The notes beneath the pieces are model-generated. The model saw only the letters and a program-made list of their open reading frames with translations. It had not been told where the DNA came from and made no database searches. A DNA stretch of 63,485 nucleotides, the filler included, from Anaerolineae bacterium (GTDB lineage Bacteria; Chloroflexota; Anaerolineae; Epilineales; Epilineaceae), in NCBI GenBank assembly GCA_029262755.1. It is 8 parts of 8 records of this genome, joined end to end, with 100 filler letters (N's around TTAATTAATTAA, not from the genome) between each part and the next. Parts side by side here need not be neighbours in the genome. Positions count along the whole stretch, not along the records: positions 22,653 to 39,186 come from JAJCYU010000026.1; positions 39,287 to 43,067 come from JAJCYU010000027.1; positions 43,168 to 49,166 come from JAJCYU010000029.1; 5 more parts are not named here. One strand, given 5' to 3'. Both the position numbers and the translations under genes were made by a program. This document shows, in pieces, positions 32,359 through 44,319 of this stretch. The stretch's first letter is position 1. The number at the start of each line of letters is the position of its first letter.

Positions 32359-33249
32359 GTGACGCTTCCATCGATCCCGCCGCTGCCGTATCCCCTCCAA
32401 TTCGAGCCCCTACTGCGCCGCGCGTTGCGCGAGGACCTCGGCCTTGCAGGCGACCGCACCAGTGACGCCATCATCCCTCCGGGCGCCACCGCGGAGGCGA
32501 GGATCGTCGCGCGGGCGGCCGGGGTCGTTGCGGGTCTTCCGGTGGCCACGGCCGTCTTCGGGCTGCTCGATCCGGCCGTCGGCGTCGAGCTGCGTGCGGG
32601 CGAAGGCGAACAGGTCGCGGCTGGCACCACGCTGGCCGTGCTGCGCGGACCGGCGCGGCCGATCCTGGCCGGCGAGCGCGTGGCGCTCAACCTCCTCGGG
32701 CGCCTGTGCGGCGTCGCGACGGCCACGCGGGCGGTGGTGGACGCCGTCGCGGGCACAGGGGCGGCGGTCGCCGGCACACGCAAGACCACACCGGGCCTGC
32801 GTGCACTGCAGAAGTACGCCGTGCGCTGTGGAGGGGGCGCCAGCCATCGCTACGGCCTCGATGACGCGGTGCTCATCAAGGACAACCACGTCGTGGTCGC
32901 CGGGTCCGCCAGAGAGGCGGTCCTGCGGGCGCGTCGGGCCGTGGGGCACATGATCCACATCTCGTTGGAGGTCGACACCCTCGACCAGTTGCGCAGCGTA
33001 CTAGACCTACCCTTCGACGTCGTGCTGCTGGACAACATGAGCCTCGATCAGCTGCGCGAGGCGGTTGCCATGGTCGACGGACGCTTCGTCACGGAGGCGT
33101 CCGGCGGGGTCACGGTGGAAACAGCGGCCGCGATTGCGGCGACGGGCGTCAACGTTCTTTCGCTCGGCGCGCTCACGCACAGCAGCCCTGTGCTGGACGT
33201 GGCTCTCGATGTCGATGTGGCCGCGCAGCCGGGCATGCAGAGCGCGTAG
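32359..33249 (+). CDS. nadC: quinolinate phosphoribosyltransferase
   Basis: ALREDLG, ERVALN, TRKTTPGLR, LIKDNH, EVD, LLDNM, EASGG. GTG start after GGAG. Confidence 0.95.
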   Translation: MTLPSIPPLPYPLQFEPLLRRALREDLGLAGDRTSDAIIPPGATAEARIVARAAGVVAGLPVATAVFGLLDPAVGVELRAGEGEQVAAGTTLAVLRGPARPILAGERVALNLLGRLCGVATATRAVVDAVAGTGAAVAGTRKTTPGLRALQKYAVRCGGGASHRYGLDDAVLIKDNHVVVAGSAREAVLRARRAVGHMIHISLEVDTLDQLRSVLDLPFDVVLLDNMSLDQLREAVAMVDGRFVTEASGGVTVETAAAIAATGVNVLSLGALTHSSPVLDVALDVDVAAQPGMQSA

Positions 33250-33325
33250 GCGCGAGTTTGCGCTTCCTCGGCCACGTGTGCCGTACGTGCCGAATCCGCG
33301 CTGCGACCTTCGGGTCTGAGCAGCC

Positions 33326-34924
33326 CTACGCGTCGCCGTCGTCCGCACTCGTCCAGTCAAGGCTGCGGGCGAGCGCCTTGTTCCAGCCGGCGATCAGGCG
33401 AGCACGCTCGTCTTCTCCCATGCCCGGCGTCCATCGGTTCCGCTCGCGCCACTGCGCCCGAAGCGCGTCCTGATCCGTCCAGAGCCCGACGGCCAGTCCC
33501 GCCGCGTAGGCGGCGCCCAGCGCCGTGGTCTCGTTGATCTCGGGAACCGCGACGGGCGTTTGCAGCAGGTCGCTCTGCAACTGCATGAGCAGTTCGTTGA
33601 CTACCATGCCGCCGTCCGCCTTGAGCACCGCAATCGGCAGCCCCGTGTCTTCGCGCATCGCCCGGATCAGATCGAGCACCTGCAGCGCCGTGGCTTCGAG
33701 GGCAGCCCGGCACAGGTGATCGCGCGTCACGTAGCGGGTGAGTCCCGCGATCACGCCACGGGCGTCCGGGCGCCAATGCGGCGCGAACAACCCGGAGAAC
33801 GCGGGCACGATCACCGCGCCGCCGCTGTCCGGCACGGCCCGTGCGCGCAGCTCGAGCTCTTCGGCGCTCTGCACGATCCCGAGCTGATCGCGCATCCAAT
33901 GCACAAGGGCGCCGGCGATCGCCACCGAGCCTTCCAGCGCATAGCAGGCGGGCTCACCTTCGAAGTGATAGGCGACGGTCGATAGCATGCCGTGCGCGCT
34001 CGCGACGGGTTCGGTGCCAGAGTGCAGCAGGAGGAAGCAGCCCGTGCCGTACGTGCACTTGGCCTCCCCCGTCTCGAAGCAAGTCTGACCCACCATGGCC
34101 GCCTGCTGATCGCCGAGGATGGCATGGATGGGGATACCCGACGCCGTGCGACCATAGGGCGCGCGCACGGAAGACGGCCGGATCGTGGGCAGCATTGAGC
34201 GAGGAATGCCGAAGGCGCTGAGCAATCCATTGTCCCAGCCCAACGTTCGTAGGTCCATCAACATCGTGCGGCCGGCGTTGGTCGGGTCGGTCACATGGAC
34301 GGCGTAGTCGCCCCGGCCCTCGCGAGCAGCACCGTCGCGACCGTCCGCCGGACCATCCTCACGACCACCCCCAGTCAGGCGCCACACGAGCCAGGTGTCG
34401 ATCGTCCCGGCCAGCGCGTCGCCGCGCTCCGCGGCGGCGCGTGCCCCGGGAACGTTGTCCAGGATCCACCGAATCTTGGGCCCTGCGAAATACGTGGCGA
34501 GCGGCAGTCCTGTTTGGGCTCGGAAGCGGTCGCGCCCCAACGCGGAACGTTCACGGTCGGTTTCGGCCGCTAGCGCCGCGCACAGGGCCTCGGTTCGCGT
34601 GTCCTGCCACACGATCGCGTTGCCGAAGGGAACGCCCGTATGGCGATCCCACACGACCGTCGTCTCTCGCTGGTTCGTGATGCCGAGCGCGGTGATGTCC
34701 GTCGCGACCAGCCCGGCGTGGGCGATGGCGGCGGCGACGACCTCCTTTGCGTTCCCCGCGATTTCAAGCGGGTCATGCTCGACCCAGCCGGGACGCGGCG
34801 TGATCTGTGCGTGCTCGCGTTGATCCGCGCCGACGACGTTTCCTCCGGCGTCGAAGATCAGACACCGTGTGCTCGTCGTGCCCTGGTCAAGCGCCGCTAC
34901 GTAGCCGGTCGTGGTCGTGCTCAT
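33326..34924 (-). CDS. glpK: glycerol kinase
   Basis: [44 protein letters not shown]. Confidence 0.96.
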   Translation of the reverse strand: MSTTTTGYVAALDQGTTSTRCLIFDAGGNVVGADQREHAQITPRPGWVEHDPLEIAGNAKEVVAAAIAHAGLVATDITALGITNQRETTVVWDRHTGVPFGNAIVWQDTRTEALCAALAAETDRERSALGRDRFRAQTGLPLATYFAGPKIRWILDNVPGARAAAERGDALAGTIDTWLVWRLTGGGREDGPADGRDGAAREGRGDYAVHVTDPTNAGRTMLMDLRTLGWDNGLLSAFGIPRSMLPTIRPSSVRAPYGRTASGIPIHAILGDQQAAMVGQTCFETGEAKCTYGTGCFLLLHSGTEPVASAHGMLSTVAYHFEGEPACYALEGSVAIAGALVHWMRDQLGIVQSAEELELRARAVPDSGGAVIVPAFSGLFAPHWRPDARGVIAGLTRYVTRDHLCRAALEATALQVLDLIRAMREDTGLPIAVLKADGGMVVNELLMQLQSDLLQTPVAVPEINETTALGAAYAAGLAVGLWTDQDALRAQWRERNRWTPGMGEDERARLIAGWNKALARSLDWTSADDGDA

Positions 34925-36096
34925 AGGATGGAAGCGAAGCTGAGCAGCGTGATCGGCACGGCGCTTCCGGTCAAGTACGGCCAATACGCCAGCTTCATCG
35001 CGAGCCCGTCCCGCCAACGTACAATTTCAGCGATACGGCCATGCCCCACGCTGAAGACATAGGTGAAGACCGAAACCAGAAGCAGCGTGAGGTACATCAA
35101 CAGGTGAAAGCGCTCCAGATAAACCAGACGATCGCTCTCGAATTGCTCGCGCAGCTGGATATGCGCCAACAACACCACGAAGAAGAGAGCCGACGCGGCT
35201 CCGATCACGTTCATGTCATTGAATCCCAACCGCCCGCGCCGCTCTGGATGGTCCGTCACGGTCATCAGCACCGCGAAGAGCAGCCCGGCGATGAGGAGCA
35301 AGGGCACTAGGTTGATGAAGAACGCGTTGAGGAAATTGCGCCGGATTACCAGGTTGAAGTGGAGCTCGGGGAAGTGGTCTTGGCCCACGTAGTCTGCGAT
35401 TCCGAAGTTCGTGTCATAGCTGGACAGTACGTAGCGGAAAAAGGACTTCTCGATATCCCAGCCGGCTAGGACGATCTGCTCTTCCACGCCGAACGTCGCT
35501 CCGGGTAGCGTCGAATCGTACGCCCCCAAGTCCGGCACGAGCACGACGTTTCGATCGAAGTCCGTATGCCACATGCGGATCCAGACTTCCTTGTGGTCCA
35601 GCGGATAGCGGCTGTAATCGAATCGCTGGCGCAGCGTGGCCTCTACATACCAGCCGATGACCTCGCCCTCGACGGGCCCGTCCGCGGTCTCAACCGTGAC
35701 TGGACGGCGATAGACCTCCTCCATCACCCCGTCATTGGAATCGATGGCCTCGGGTAGCACGAAGCCCCGGTCTAGTCCGTCGTGGACACCGTCGAGATAT
35801 ACCTGCCATACGTAGCCGCTGATGCTGATGTCACACGCGCTGACAAAGGCCAAAGACTGTAGAAAAACTCCCGTTCGGATCGCAATCGGCTCTTCGTCGG
35901 CCGTAGAGCCGTAGCGTTCATCGTGGGCCTCCAGGTACGCATCCACGCGTTCAGGGCGCGTTAGGGGGTTCGCTTCAACCAGGTGTGTCGTATCGACCCG
36001 ATACCACATCCATGCCACGAGGAGCACCATGACGACGCTCCCCGCGATCGCAATCCGCCACCACGTACGCTCCCTAACACGGTCGTGCGCTTCCAT
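34921..36096 (-). CDS. pentameric ligand-gated ion channel (pLGIC)-like membrane protein
   Basis: N-terminal TM helix, beta-rich domain with Pro-loop-like [11 protein letters not shown] motif, VIRR pre-M1 and four C-terminal hydrophobic segments. Confidence 0.65.
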   Translation of the reverse strand: MEAHDRVRERTWWRIAIAGSVVMVLLVAWMWYRVDTTHLVEANPLTRPERVDAYLEAHDERYGSTADEEPIAIRTGVFLQSLAFVSACDISISGYVWQVYLDGVHDGLDRGFVLPEAIDSNDGVMEEVYRRPVTVETADGPVEGEVIGWYVEATLRQRFDYSRYPLDHKEVWIRMWHTDFDRNVVLVPDLGAYDSTLPGATFGVEEQIVLAGWDIEKSFFRYVLSSYDTNFGIADYVGQDHFPELHFNLVIRRNFLNAFFINLVPLLLIAGLLFAVLMTVTDHPERRGRLGFNDMNVIGAASALFFVVLLAHIQLREQFESDRLVYLERFHLLMYLTLLLVSVFTYVFSVGHGRIAEIVRWRDGLAMKLAYWPYLTGSAVPITLLSFASIL

Positions 36097-36289
36097 CCCG
36101 CTCTCCCCCTTCCAACTGCCCACGGTGTCGTTGCGTTGCCATCGCAACCTTTGCCTTTCTGGGCAGCGCGATCGCCGTCGGGAGGGTGCCACGTTCGCCG
36201 CGCGTGCGCGAGACGCCGTCCGCGGCGGGTTGCGCACTTCACGCGCCGCGCATCTCTGGCTAACATGAGCGAACCTTCGCAAACCAAGG

Positions 36290-36928
36290 ATGCGAACCAT
36301 GACCCAAACAGAACCCGTGGCTGGGCCGCTGCGCCGGCGTCCCACGCAGGCACGCGGCTGGCGCCGCGTCCATCAAATCTTGGACGCGGCGGCAGGACTC
36401 ATCGCGGAGATGGGCTACGACAACGTCACGACGAACGCGATTGCCGAACGCGCCGAGACTTCCATCGGCTCGCTCTACCAATTCTTCCCGGACAAGGCGT
36501 CCATCCTCCATGCCCTCAACGCCCGCTATCTCGAGCACCTGGAGCGGGTGACCGATGAGGTATTGGCGTTAGACCGGTCTGGCGAAGCCCTGGCCGATCT
36601 AATCGACGATGTCGTCGATGCGTTGGCGACCTTCCATCATGCCCATCCGGGTTTCCAGGCTGTGTTCTACGGCGGTCACGGCTCGCCCGAACTCGGCGAA
36701 GCCGCCCGACACGCCTCGGAAGCGATCGTCGAGCGCCTCTCCGCGCTCTACGGCACGCGCCGCCCCTCATTGCCCGCGGAACGACGCGCGGTCGTGGCCA
36801 CGACGAGCATGGAGCTCATGAAAGCTATGCTCGCGATGGGCGCACTGCGCGATGAACCCTGGCGACAGCGGGCCGCGCAGGAAGCCAAGACCGTCCTCCT
36901 GCGCTATTTGGAGCCCGAGATCGGCTAG
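36290..36928 (+). CDS. TetR/AcrR family regulator
   Basis: ILDAA...GYDNVTTNAIAERAETSIGSLYQFFPDK. Confidence 0.94.
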   Translation: MRTMTQTEPVAGPLRRRPTQARGWRRVHQILDAAAGLIAEMGYDNVTTNAIAERAETSIGSLYQFFPDKASILHALNARYLEHLERVTDEVLALDRSGEALADLIDDVVDALATFHHAHPGFQAVFYGGHGSPELGEAARHASEAIVERLSALYGTRRPSLPAERRAVVATTSMELMKAMLAMGALRDEPWRQRAAQEAKTVLLRYLEPEIG

Positions 36929-37136
36929 GCGAGGTGAGTTTGATCGGCGGACGATACGCGGCCCGCATCCGATCTCCCAGCTCCCATGTCCCAGCGAAAT
37001 CCGGTTCCGATGATCGCGCATGTCGCGCCGTCGGATGATCATGCGCAGCGCGATTGCAAGCCGCGCGCCAATCCGATACGCTCGCGACGTTCGGAAGGTC
37101 CAACCCGCTCAACCGGCCCCGTCCTGGAGGCGCCCC

Positions 37137-39186
37137 ATGCTCTCGCTCCACCGCTCCGTTGTGTTGCGCCCCCGGCTTGTCCTTGCAAGCGCCCTTGCCA
37201 TCATCGGGCTAGGTGCTTGGCTCACCGTACCGCGTGTGCTCGCGCAATCGAGCGTCCTCCCCCTCGTCGCGCAAGATCCGGATGAATGCGCGCCGCGCCC
37301 CGTCACGGACCCCGTGGCGAACTTCTTCCGAGACGCCTCCATCGAAGCGGGTATCAAGGCCGATGACGAGGCCGTATGGCCGCCGGAAGGCGTGATCGTC
37401 GGTCATCCTCGCGCCATGGTGGCTGACGTAGACGGTGACGGTTGGGACGACATCCTCTTTCACAACATGTTTCCACGCGTTCGCGAAGGGCTGGAGCCCT
37501 TCGAGCACCTGATCTACCACAACAACCAAGACGGCACGTTCACCGAGGTGGGCGATGTCAACGGGCTGGGCGACGCCCAGGTCGGCTGGCTGGTATTCGG
37601 CGATCTCGACAACGATGGTGACCCCGATGCCGTCGGCGGTATGGATCACATCGGCTACCCGGCCGGCACGGAGGGCATGGCCGCCACGCAGCCGACGCAC
37701 GGCGTCTGGCTGCAGGACGCCGGCGGCGTGTTCGAGCGCGTCGCAAGCGCGGGGATCGAAGCCGCGCTCGGCGTCGACGGTGAGGGCAATGCTGTGTACG
37801 CCGCAGGCACGGCGGTGCTTGCCGACTTCGACGGCGACGCGCAGCTCGACCTGTTCCTCGGCAACGGACAGACCAGTTACGCGCTGCCGGATCAATACTT
37901 TCTCGGCAACGGGGACGGTACCTTCCGGGACGCGACCGCGCAGCTGATCGGCAACGAAGACTGGCCTTCCAACGGCTCCGTGGCCTGCGACGTGGACGCC
38001 GACGGGGATCAGGACCTCTTCGTGTCCGTCTACGGTGTCAGCCACAACGGTGCGCAAAACCAACTGTTCATCAACGACGGCACAGGGCGCCTCGTGGACG
38101 AAGCGATCGCGCGCGGGGTGGCCAGCCAAGCGGGCGGCAATACCTGGCGCGCGGATCTCGACCATGGCGCGAAGCCGGAACCCGACGCGGTGCCGGGCGG
38201 CTACATCGGCGGCAACGGCTTCGGTGTCGATTGCAGCGACGTGGACCAAGACGGCGATCTCGACCTGTTGTTCACCGCGATCAGCCACCCCACGGAGTTT
38301 CCCTTCCCCTTCCGGGATTGGACGCGCGAGACCGTCGATTTCTACAATCACACACGCCGCTGGTCCGATCCGACCCACGTGTTGGTCAACGACGGCGAGG
38401 GTCTGTTTGAGGCCCGTTGGCGCGATGCTGGCTTGCCCTACAACGAGGGCGACATTGACGGCTCGTTCGCGGACTTCGACAACGACGGCCGCATGGATGT
38501 GGCGGTTTCACGAGACAAGAAGTACGAAGCCGGCTACAACACCTGGGACCAGAAGGGCTGGTTTGGCCTGTACCGCCAGGTCGAAGGGGGACAGTTCGAG
38601 AGCCTGGGCGAACCGAGCGGCATCAACCATCCCGATGACGAGACCGGCACCAAGCGCATGGGTGGCTCCGGCAACGTGAACTGGTCCGATCTCGACCACG
38701 ACGGCGATCTCGACTTGGTCGTCGGCGGTGGCCCACGCACTCGCGGCGGGCACGTGTTCCTCAACGAGATCGGCAGCGAGAACGACTGGCTCGCGCTACG
38801 CCTCGTCGGTGACGGCGACACCGTCAACCGCGACGCCATGGGAGCGACGGTTACCGTTCATCATCCGGGCCATGGCATTGCGCTAAGCCGCGCCGTCGTA
38901 TCCAGCCGCGGAACATACAACTCGGCGGATTCACGCGTGCAGCACCTCGGGCTGGGCAGCATGCCCTGCGACTACGTGCTGGTCATCCGGTGGCCGGACG
39001 GCAGCGAGGACGCATGGTCGGGCGAGCAGGTCGGTAGAAACCACTATGTGCGGGCAACCTACGGGCAGGGACTCATCTTGCTGGACGCCGCCGGCGATCC
39101 GATCGGCGATCCGCTCGCGCCCTCCGAGCCGTCCGAGCTCTTGTTGCCGCCTCCGCCGGCAGGCATCTACCTGCCAATGCTCGCGG
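37137..39186 (+). CDS. secreted FG-GAP/VCBS repeat protein with ASPIC/UnbV domain (CRTAC1-like); stop lost at contig end
   Basis: Repeated DxDxDGxxD, WLALRLVG...NRDAMGA, HLGLG, IRWPDG; ends GIYLPMLA. Confidence 0.9.
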
Positions 39187-39286
39187 NNNNNNNNNNNNNN
39201 NNNNNNNNNNNNNNNNNNNNNNNNNNNNNNTTAATTAATTAANNNNNNNNNNNNNNNNNNNNNNNNNNNNNNNNNNNNNNNNNNNN
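39187..39286. other. artificial contig linker
   Basis: N-run, TTAATTAATTAA, N-run. Confidence 0.98.
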
Positions 39287-42200
39287 TGGTACTCGCTGTA
39301 GATCAGCGGCCCGAAGGCCACCTGGTTGCCCGAGCTGTACACCGCTTCGGTCGGGTCGTAGGTGTAGTTGATCTCCGCCGGCTCGCCGACGTAGGTCATC
39401 AGCACATCGCGGCCGACGATGTCCACCGCGATGCCCATGATCTGGCTCGAGCGCAGCCACGCCGAGCCCTGGAAGTCCGGGCCCACGCAGTCGCTGGCCG
39501 CCAACTGGTAGCTCTCGCCCGGCGCCAGCGTCAGGATCTCGCAAATGCTGGCCCGCAGACACGCGTCCTGCTCCTGGAACCACACCTCGATCGACGAGCA
39601 CTGCAGCCCGCCGTTCTGGATGTACATGATCGACTCGAAGCCCGACGCGTCCGCATACACCAGCGGCACGTAGTAGCCGTAGCCGCCGAAGACCTCGTCG
39701 AACACACCCAGGTGCGTCCCCGCGATCCCGTTGTACTTGCTCGTTACCTCCACGCCCGGCGTCACGTCGCCCGGGCACGTGCGGTGGACGTCCACCGCCA
39801 GCGCGCCGTCGCCCTTCGCCCGGTCGTCCAGCACCACGCCCGCGAACTCCAGGCCTTCGTCGTAGGCCTTCTTGAAGCGCCGATAGTCGTCCGCGTCACC
39901 CACGACGCCGAAGAACAGCGTCTCGCACAGGTAATCGCCCACGATATCGTCGAAGCCCAGATCCACGCCGATGTCCGAAAGCTGCTCGGTCGTGAACTGG
40001 AACAAGATGCCGCTCTTGGAGCCGGTCGGCACCTGCGCGCCGAGCAGGTTCCACGTGCTGCCCGGCTTGAGCATGCCCGTGCACTCCACCTTCAGCGGAC
40101 CCGCGGCCTGCGGCGGGCAGAAGCCCGGCTCGCCCCACGTCACCAGCGCCGCCTTCGCAAAGTCGCAGCCCAGGTTCTGGACCTCGACCCAGGTCTCGCA
40201 CACGTCGTCCTGGCCCAGGAAGTTCAGGATCGGGATGTGCACCTGCCGGTCCAGCTGGGTGTTGGGATCGATGATCGGCTCGCAGTTGAGCAGCATCATC
40301 ATGTTCTCGGAGAAGCCCGCGATCTCGTTCTCGCCCGCGTTGCAGGTGTCCGTGCGGACCATGCCCATCAACGCGAACTCCGTGCCCACCGGCAAGCCGC
40401 CGCGGATGCGCGCCCGGTAGCGGATGCGCACGTGCGCACCGGCCTCGATCCGGCCGTCCCAGCGCACTTGGCGCTCCGTGATGCGGCAGCGTCCACCGCC
40501 CATCAAGACCTCGCAGGATCCCGGTAAGCCCACGACCGTGTCGGGCAGCGGCACTTCGAACTCGGGGCCTGGATTGTCCGGCTGCGCCGTGAACGCTTCA
40601 GGTCCGGTGTTACCGAAGAGTTGCTCGACCTCGATCTCCTCGCCCGCGGCGATGCACTGTTCTTGGAAGGTAGCTTGGACGTCGGAGCGATCCGCGGCGC
40701 CCGTCGCCCTTGCGGACGGCGCTGGCGAACCTCCGCGATCCGCGCCGCCGGCAAACAAAGCGGGACCACCATCGCCGTGGTGCGACATCAACTCCGCCAT
40801 CCAGACCTCGAGATCCGCGCCGGCCAAGACGTCCGTCTCTACCGTAATCTCGTTGTTCGTGAGGTCTGGGTCCGGAAGGCAGTTGCCCGCCGAACGCAGC
40901 ATGGTCATCACACCGGCGAGCGGATCGCCCGTACACGGCGCAATCGAGCACATGGTGCTGCTCCCCACCGCAACCGTCACGACGAGCGACGCGCTCGACG
41001 CGGGCGCCGCCGGGTCGCAGGCGTCCGGCGCGCCGAGCTCGCCCAAGGAACACGTGACGCCGTCCTCGTCCGCGACGCAGGTGGCCGCCGCCCCCGTGGC
41101 CGAGAGGAACTTCACGTTCGGGTCCAGGTCGAGGCGCAGCTCCGTCTCGCGGCTCGCGGAAGGACCGAGGTTCTTGATGTCGATCGCGTAGCTCATCTCG
41201 GCACCGGCCATCACCGGATCCGGCGAGTCCGCAACGGTCACCGCTAGATCGGCTCGGGTGGCAAGCTCCACATCGAGCGTCGCTTCGTCGTTCTCGGCGT
41301 CGCGCTCGGCCTGCCGCGTTGCGGACGATGCCGTGGCCGTGAAGGTGAGTTCTTCGCCGCACGCGGGATCACCGCAGCTGGTGAGCGCGAGATCGACGCG
41401 CCGCGCAGCCCCCGCGAAGGACGTACCCGTCCACGTGCATACGACCGTGCCGCCGCGTGCGTCGGCGGCCGGGGTCGTGCAGGTGCCGGCGCCGTCCGGC
41501 GTGGCCGACACGAAGCGCGCGTTCTCAGGCAGATCGACCGTTAGGGTCAGGTCGTCGGCGCCGTAGGGACCTTCGTTGCGCGCAATCGCCGCCACGCTCA
41601 TCGCGCTACCGGCGACGACCGGGTTCGCCCCAACCACTTCGATTGTTGCCGCCACGTCCGCCATTGTCGGGATCCGGAACACATCGTCCGGAAGCTCGTC
41701 GCCGATGTCGGTGTTGCGCCGGATGAGGTCGGCCAGGGTTGTCGCCTCGATCTCGTCGCGCTGCGCGCCGGAGAAGGTGCGACCGTACCAGAAGGCGTCG
41801 CAATCACGCAGCCTGCGGAATTGATCGCCCAGAATCGTGAACACCAACTCGCCCACCATCGCGCCCGGCATGTGGTCTTCCGCCAGCCCGCCGACCCACA
41901 CATCCATGTCGGCCGGCGTGGCATAGGCCGTAGCCAAGCGCGCCTGCGTGTCCGCGTCGGCGGACACGGCGGCGAAGGTGGTGTTCGCGCTTAGCCCCAA
42001 GCCGGCGCGCGTTGCCGCGTAGCCGGGCAGACCGTGATCGCGGCCGCGTTGAATGTTGAGCGCTGCGAGATCGAAGCCGCCGGCACCCGGTGGGCCAAAC
42101 AGGAAGTTGCGCACCGCGTCATCAACCCGTACATCGACTTCCTGCGAAGGGTTGTAGGCCAAGCCGCGGAGCAAGGGCTCGAGACCGCCTTCGTTAACCA

Positions 42201-43067
42201 GCCGATCAGGCCGGAAGAACGCGCTGAGCAAGGGCAAGTGTCCCTCGGCGATCGGCGCAAGGTCGGCGTCCAGACGCAGCAGGTCCGGCGTCAAGGTGCT
42301 ATGCCCGAAGCGATAGGCCGCCGTGCTGAAGACGTTGGCGATGCGTGCGTCGCAGCTCGCGTCGTAGCCGCTGTAGGGGGCGATCGCGCTTGGGCCCAGC
42401 AACAACGGCAGAAACTCGTTGAACGTAATCGCCTGCACGTGAGCGCCCACCCATGCCCGCGCGAGCTCGTAGACCGCGTCGGCGTCGAGCGCAGGCTGCG
42501 CGGCGCGGATCTGCGCCGCGCGGCGGTTGTGCTCGCGCACGAGAAGCGTGTGCATCGCGGTGAGCCCGATCTGCTCGTTGGCCCGGACGTCGCCGGCCAG
42601 GAAGAGCGTCGCGCCGGGACCGCCGGCGTTGGGTAGGCCGAAGGTATTGAGCGGCGGCAGATCGCCGACCGGCGAGGCCGCGACGCGCAGGTTTCCCGGC
42701 ACGTCGGGGTCGCGGAGCGTATCTGCGCGTACCGCATCGGAGCCGTAGACCATCGATGCGTCGATCCACGCGGTGATGCCGTTGGTCTGCTGGCGACGCG
42801 GCACGGCGGAGAAGGAATCGGTATCCAGCGTCCACGTCGAGCGGTCGAGGCCGATAAAGGGCGCAGGCGCGAAGTGCGGATCGTCGACCGGCACGGGAAT
42901 CCCAAAGGACTCCGGCGGCACGTGCCCCTCGGTGAGATCCATGTCGTGGTCGACGAACTGGCCCCATTGCCACAGGTACGACGAGGCACCGGCCGCGTTC
43001 AAGGTCCGGCCGGTCTGGCTCGCAACCGCATTGCTGACCGCACGCGCGCTCGGCCGGCTTGCGCCGG
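39287..43067 (-). CDS. animal-type heme peroxidase fused to DUF11-like Ig repeats and a Cys-rich C-terminal module (truncated at both ends)
   Basis: WGQFVDHD, TAWIDAS, GDVRANEQ, AYRFGHS, NIQRGRDHG; then ADLAVTVADSPDPV...NLGPS repeats. Confidence 0.88.
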
Positions 43068-43167
43068 NNNNNNNNNNNNNNNNNNNNNNNNNNNNNNNNN
43101 NNNNNNNNNNNTTAATTAATTAANNNNNNNNNNNNNNNNNNNNNNNNNNNNNNNNNNNNNNNNNNNN
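43068..43167. other. artificial contig linker
   Basis: N-run, TTAATTAATTAA, N-run. Confidence 0.98.
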
Positions 43168-44211
43168 GAAACTATGCGATTTGTTAAAGGCCTATACAAT
43201 GAAAATAAAAAAGGGTTTGTTCAGACTAAACTCCACAAGAAACCTTCGATGCATGCCGCTCACTGTGCAATAGGAATTGTAGCTTTATTGTACAAACCTC
43301 ACAACATAGATAACCGAGTAGATTGGAGTAAGCCTATTGGGAGAAGTCAACTCCAAAAACATCTAGGTGAGAGAATAGTGAATTCAATAATCAATTTTAT
43401 TATACATGATTGTTACCGTTACGGTGGCTATTGTGAAAGCAAGGAAAGTTTACCAACAATAAATGCAACGGCCTCTGCGTTGTGGTGCTTATGGCACTTA
43501 GAAGCTTTAGATAAAGTAGATGTAACGATATTAAAGCAATTCGTAAATAAAAACGCTGTTCATGAAGATGGTAAGCTCGGCTTTAAAAATGAAGAAAAAG
43601 ATCAAAACGCATGGGTATGTTCCACGTATTATGCATTACGTATTTCTAGAACGCTAGAATCAATTGGTATTGAAAAAGCAATTCCTTTTAAAGGGGAAGA
43701 AATACTATCCTTTCTCTTTGACTGTAAGGAAAACGGAAGCGGATTTAGAGACGCTAGCAATTTAGATTATGAACCAACGATAGTTCACACAAAAGATGCT
43801 CTTGCATTGACTGATGACAAAAAATATTGTTTGCGATTTAATGAATTTGTCAAAAATAAGAATATAGACTTTGAGCAAATGATAAAAGATATCAAGTTAT
43901 TCTTGAAAAAATGTGTCTTTAAAGGTGTATATGGTTTTGCAGAATCAGAATTATATTTCCCTAATGTATATGGAACATTATTGGCAATAGATATAAAGCG
44001 ATTTTTGAAGAGGCTAGAAAACAAAGAAACTGAAGACGTTATTAATAAAGAGCAGCGTAAAGATATCCTTGTATTCCTTAACTCATGTAAGGATGGAGAG
44101 AAAAAAGGAGGATATCGCGGTTACAGTTTAAATCCTAATTATATTTCCGATAAATGGTGGGAAACTGAAAGGGCCAACAGGGAACAATTTATGGAAGTAG
44201 AGCAAGAATGA
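43168..44211 (+). CDS. prenyltransferase/squalene-oxidase-repeat (alpha-alpha toroid) protein, probably 5' truncated
   Basis: Recurrent G(G)F/Y..x6-8..T..AL units: GGYCES..PTINATASAL, LGFKN..VCSTYYAL, SGFRD..PTIVHTKDAL, YGFAE..PNVYGTLLAI. Confidence 0.65.
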   Translation, partial: ETMRFVKGLYNENKKGFVQTKLHKKPSMHAAHCAIGIVALLYKPHNIDNRVDWSKPIGRSQLQKHLGERIVNSIINFIIHDCYRYGGYCESKESLPTINATASALWCLWHLEALDKVDVTILKQFVNKNAVHEDGKLGFKNEEKDQNAWVCSTYYALRISRTLESIGIEKAIPFKGEEILSFLFDCKENGSGFRDASNLDYEPTIVHTKDALALTDDKKYCLRFNEFVKNKNIDFEQMIKDIKLFLKKCVFKGVYGFAESELYFPNVYGTLLAIDIKRFLKRLENKETEDVINKEQRKDILVFLNSCKDGEKKGGYRGYSLNPNYISDKWWETERANREQFMEVEQE

Positions 44212-44319
44212 TTATTAGTGTCAATCCATAAGTTCAGGTCTAAGTTTATCACAAATCACTTTAATAAAAACTATTTACTAATCTACTGCACAAATCTTTA
44301 TTAATGGATTTTCTATACC

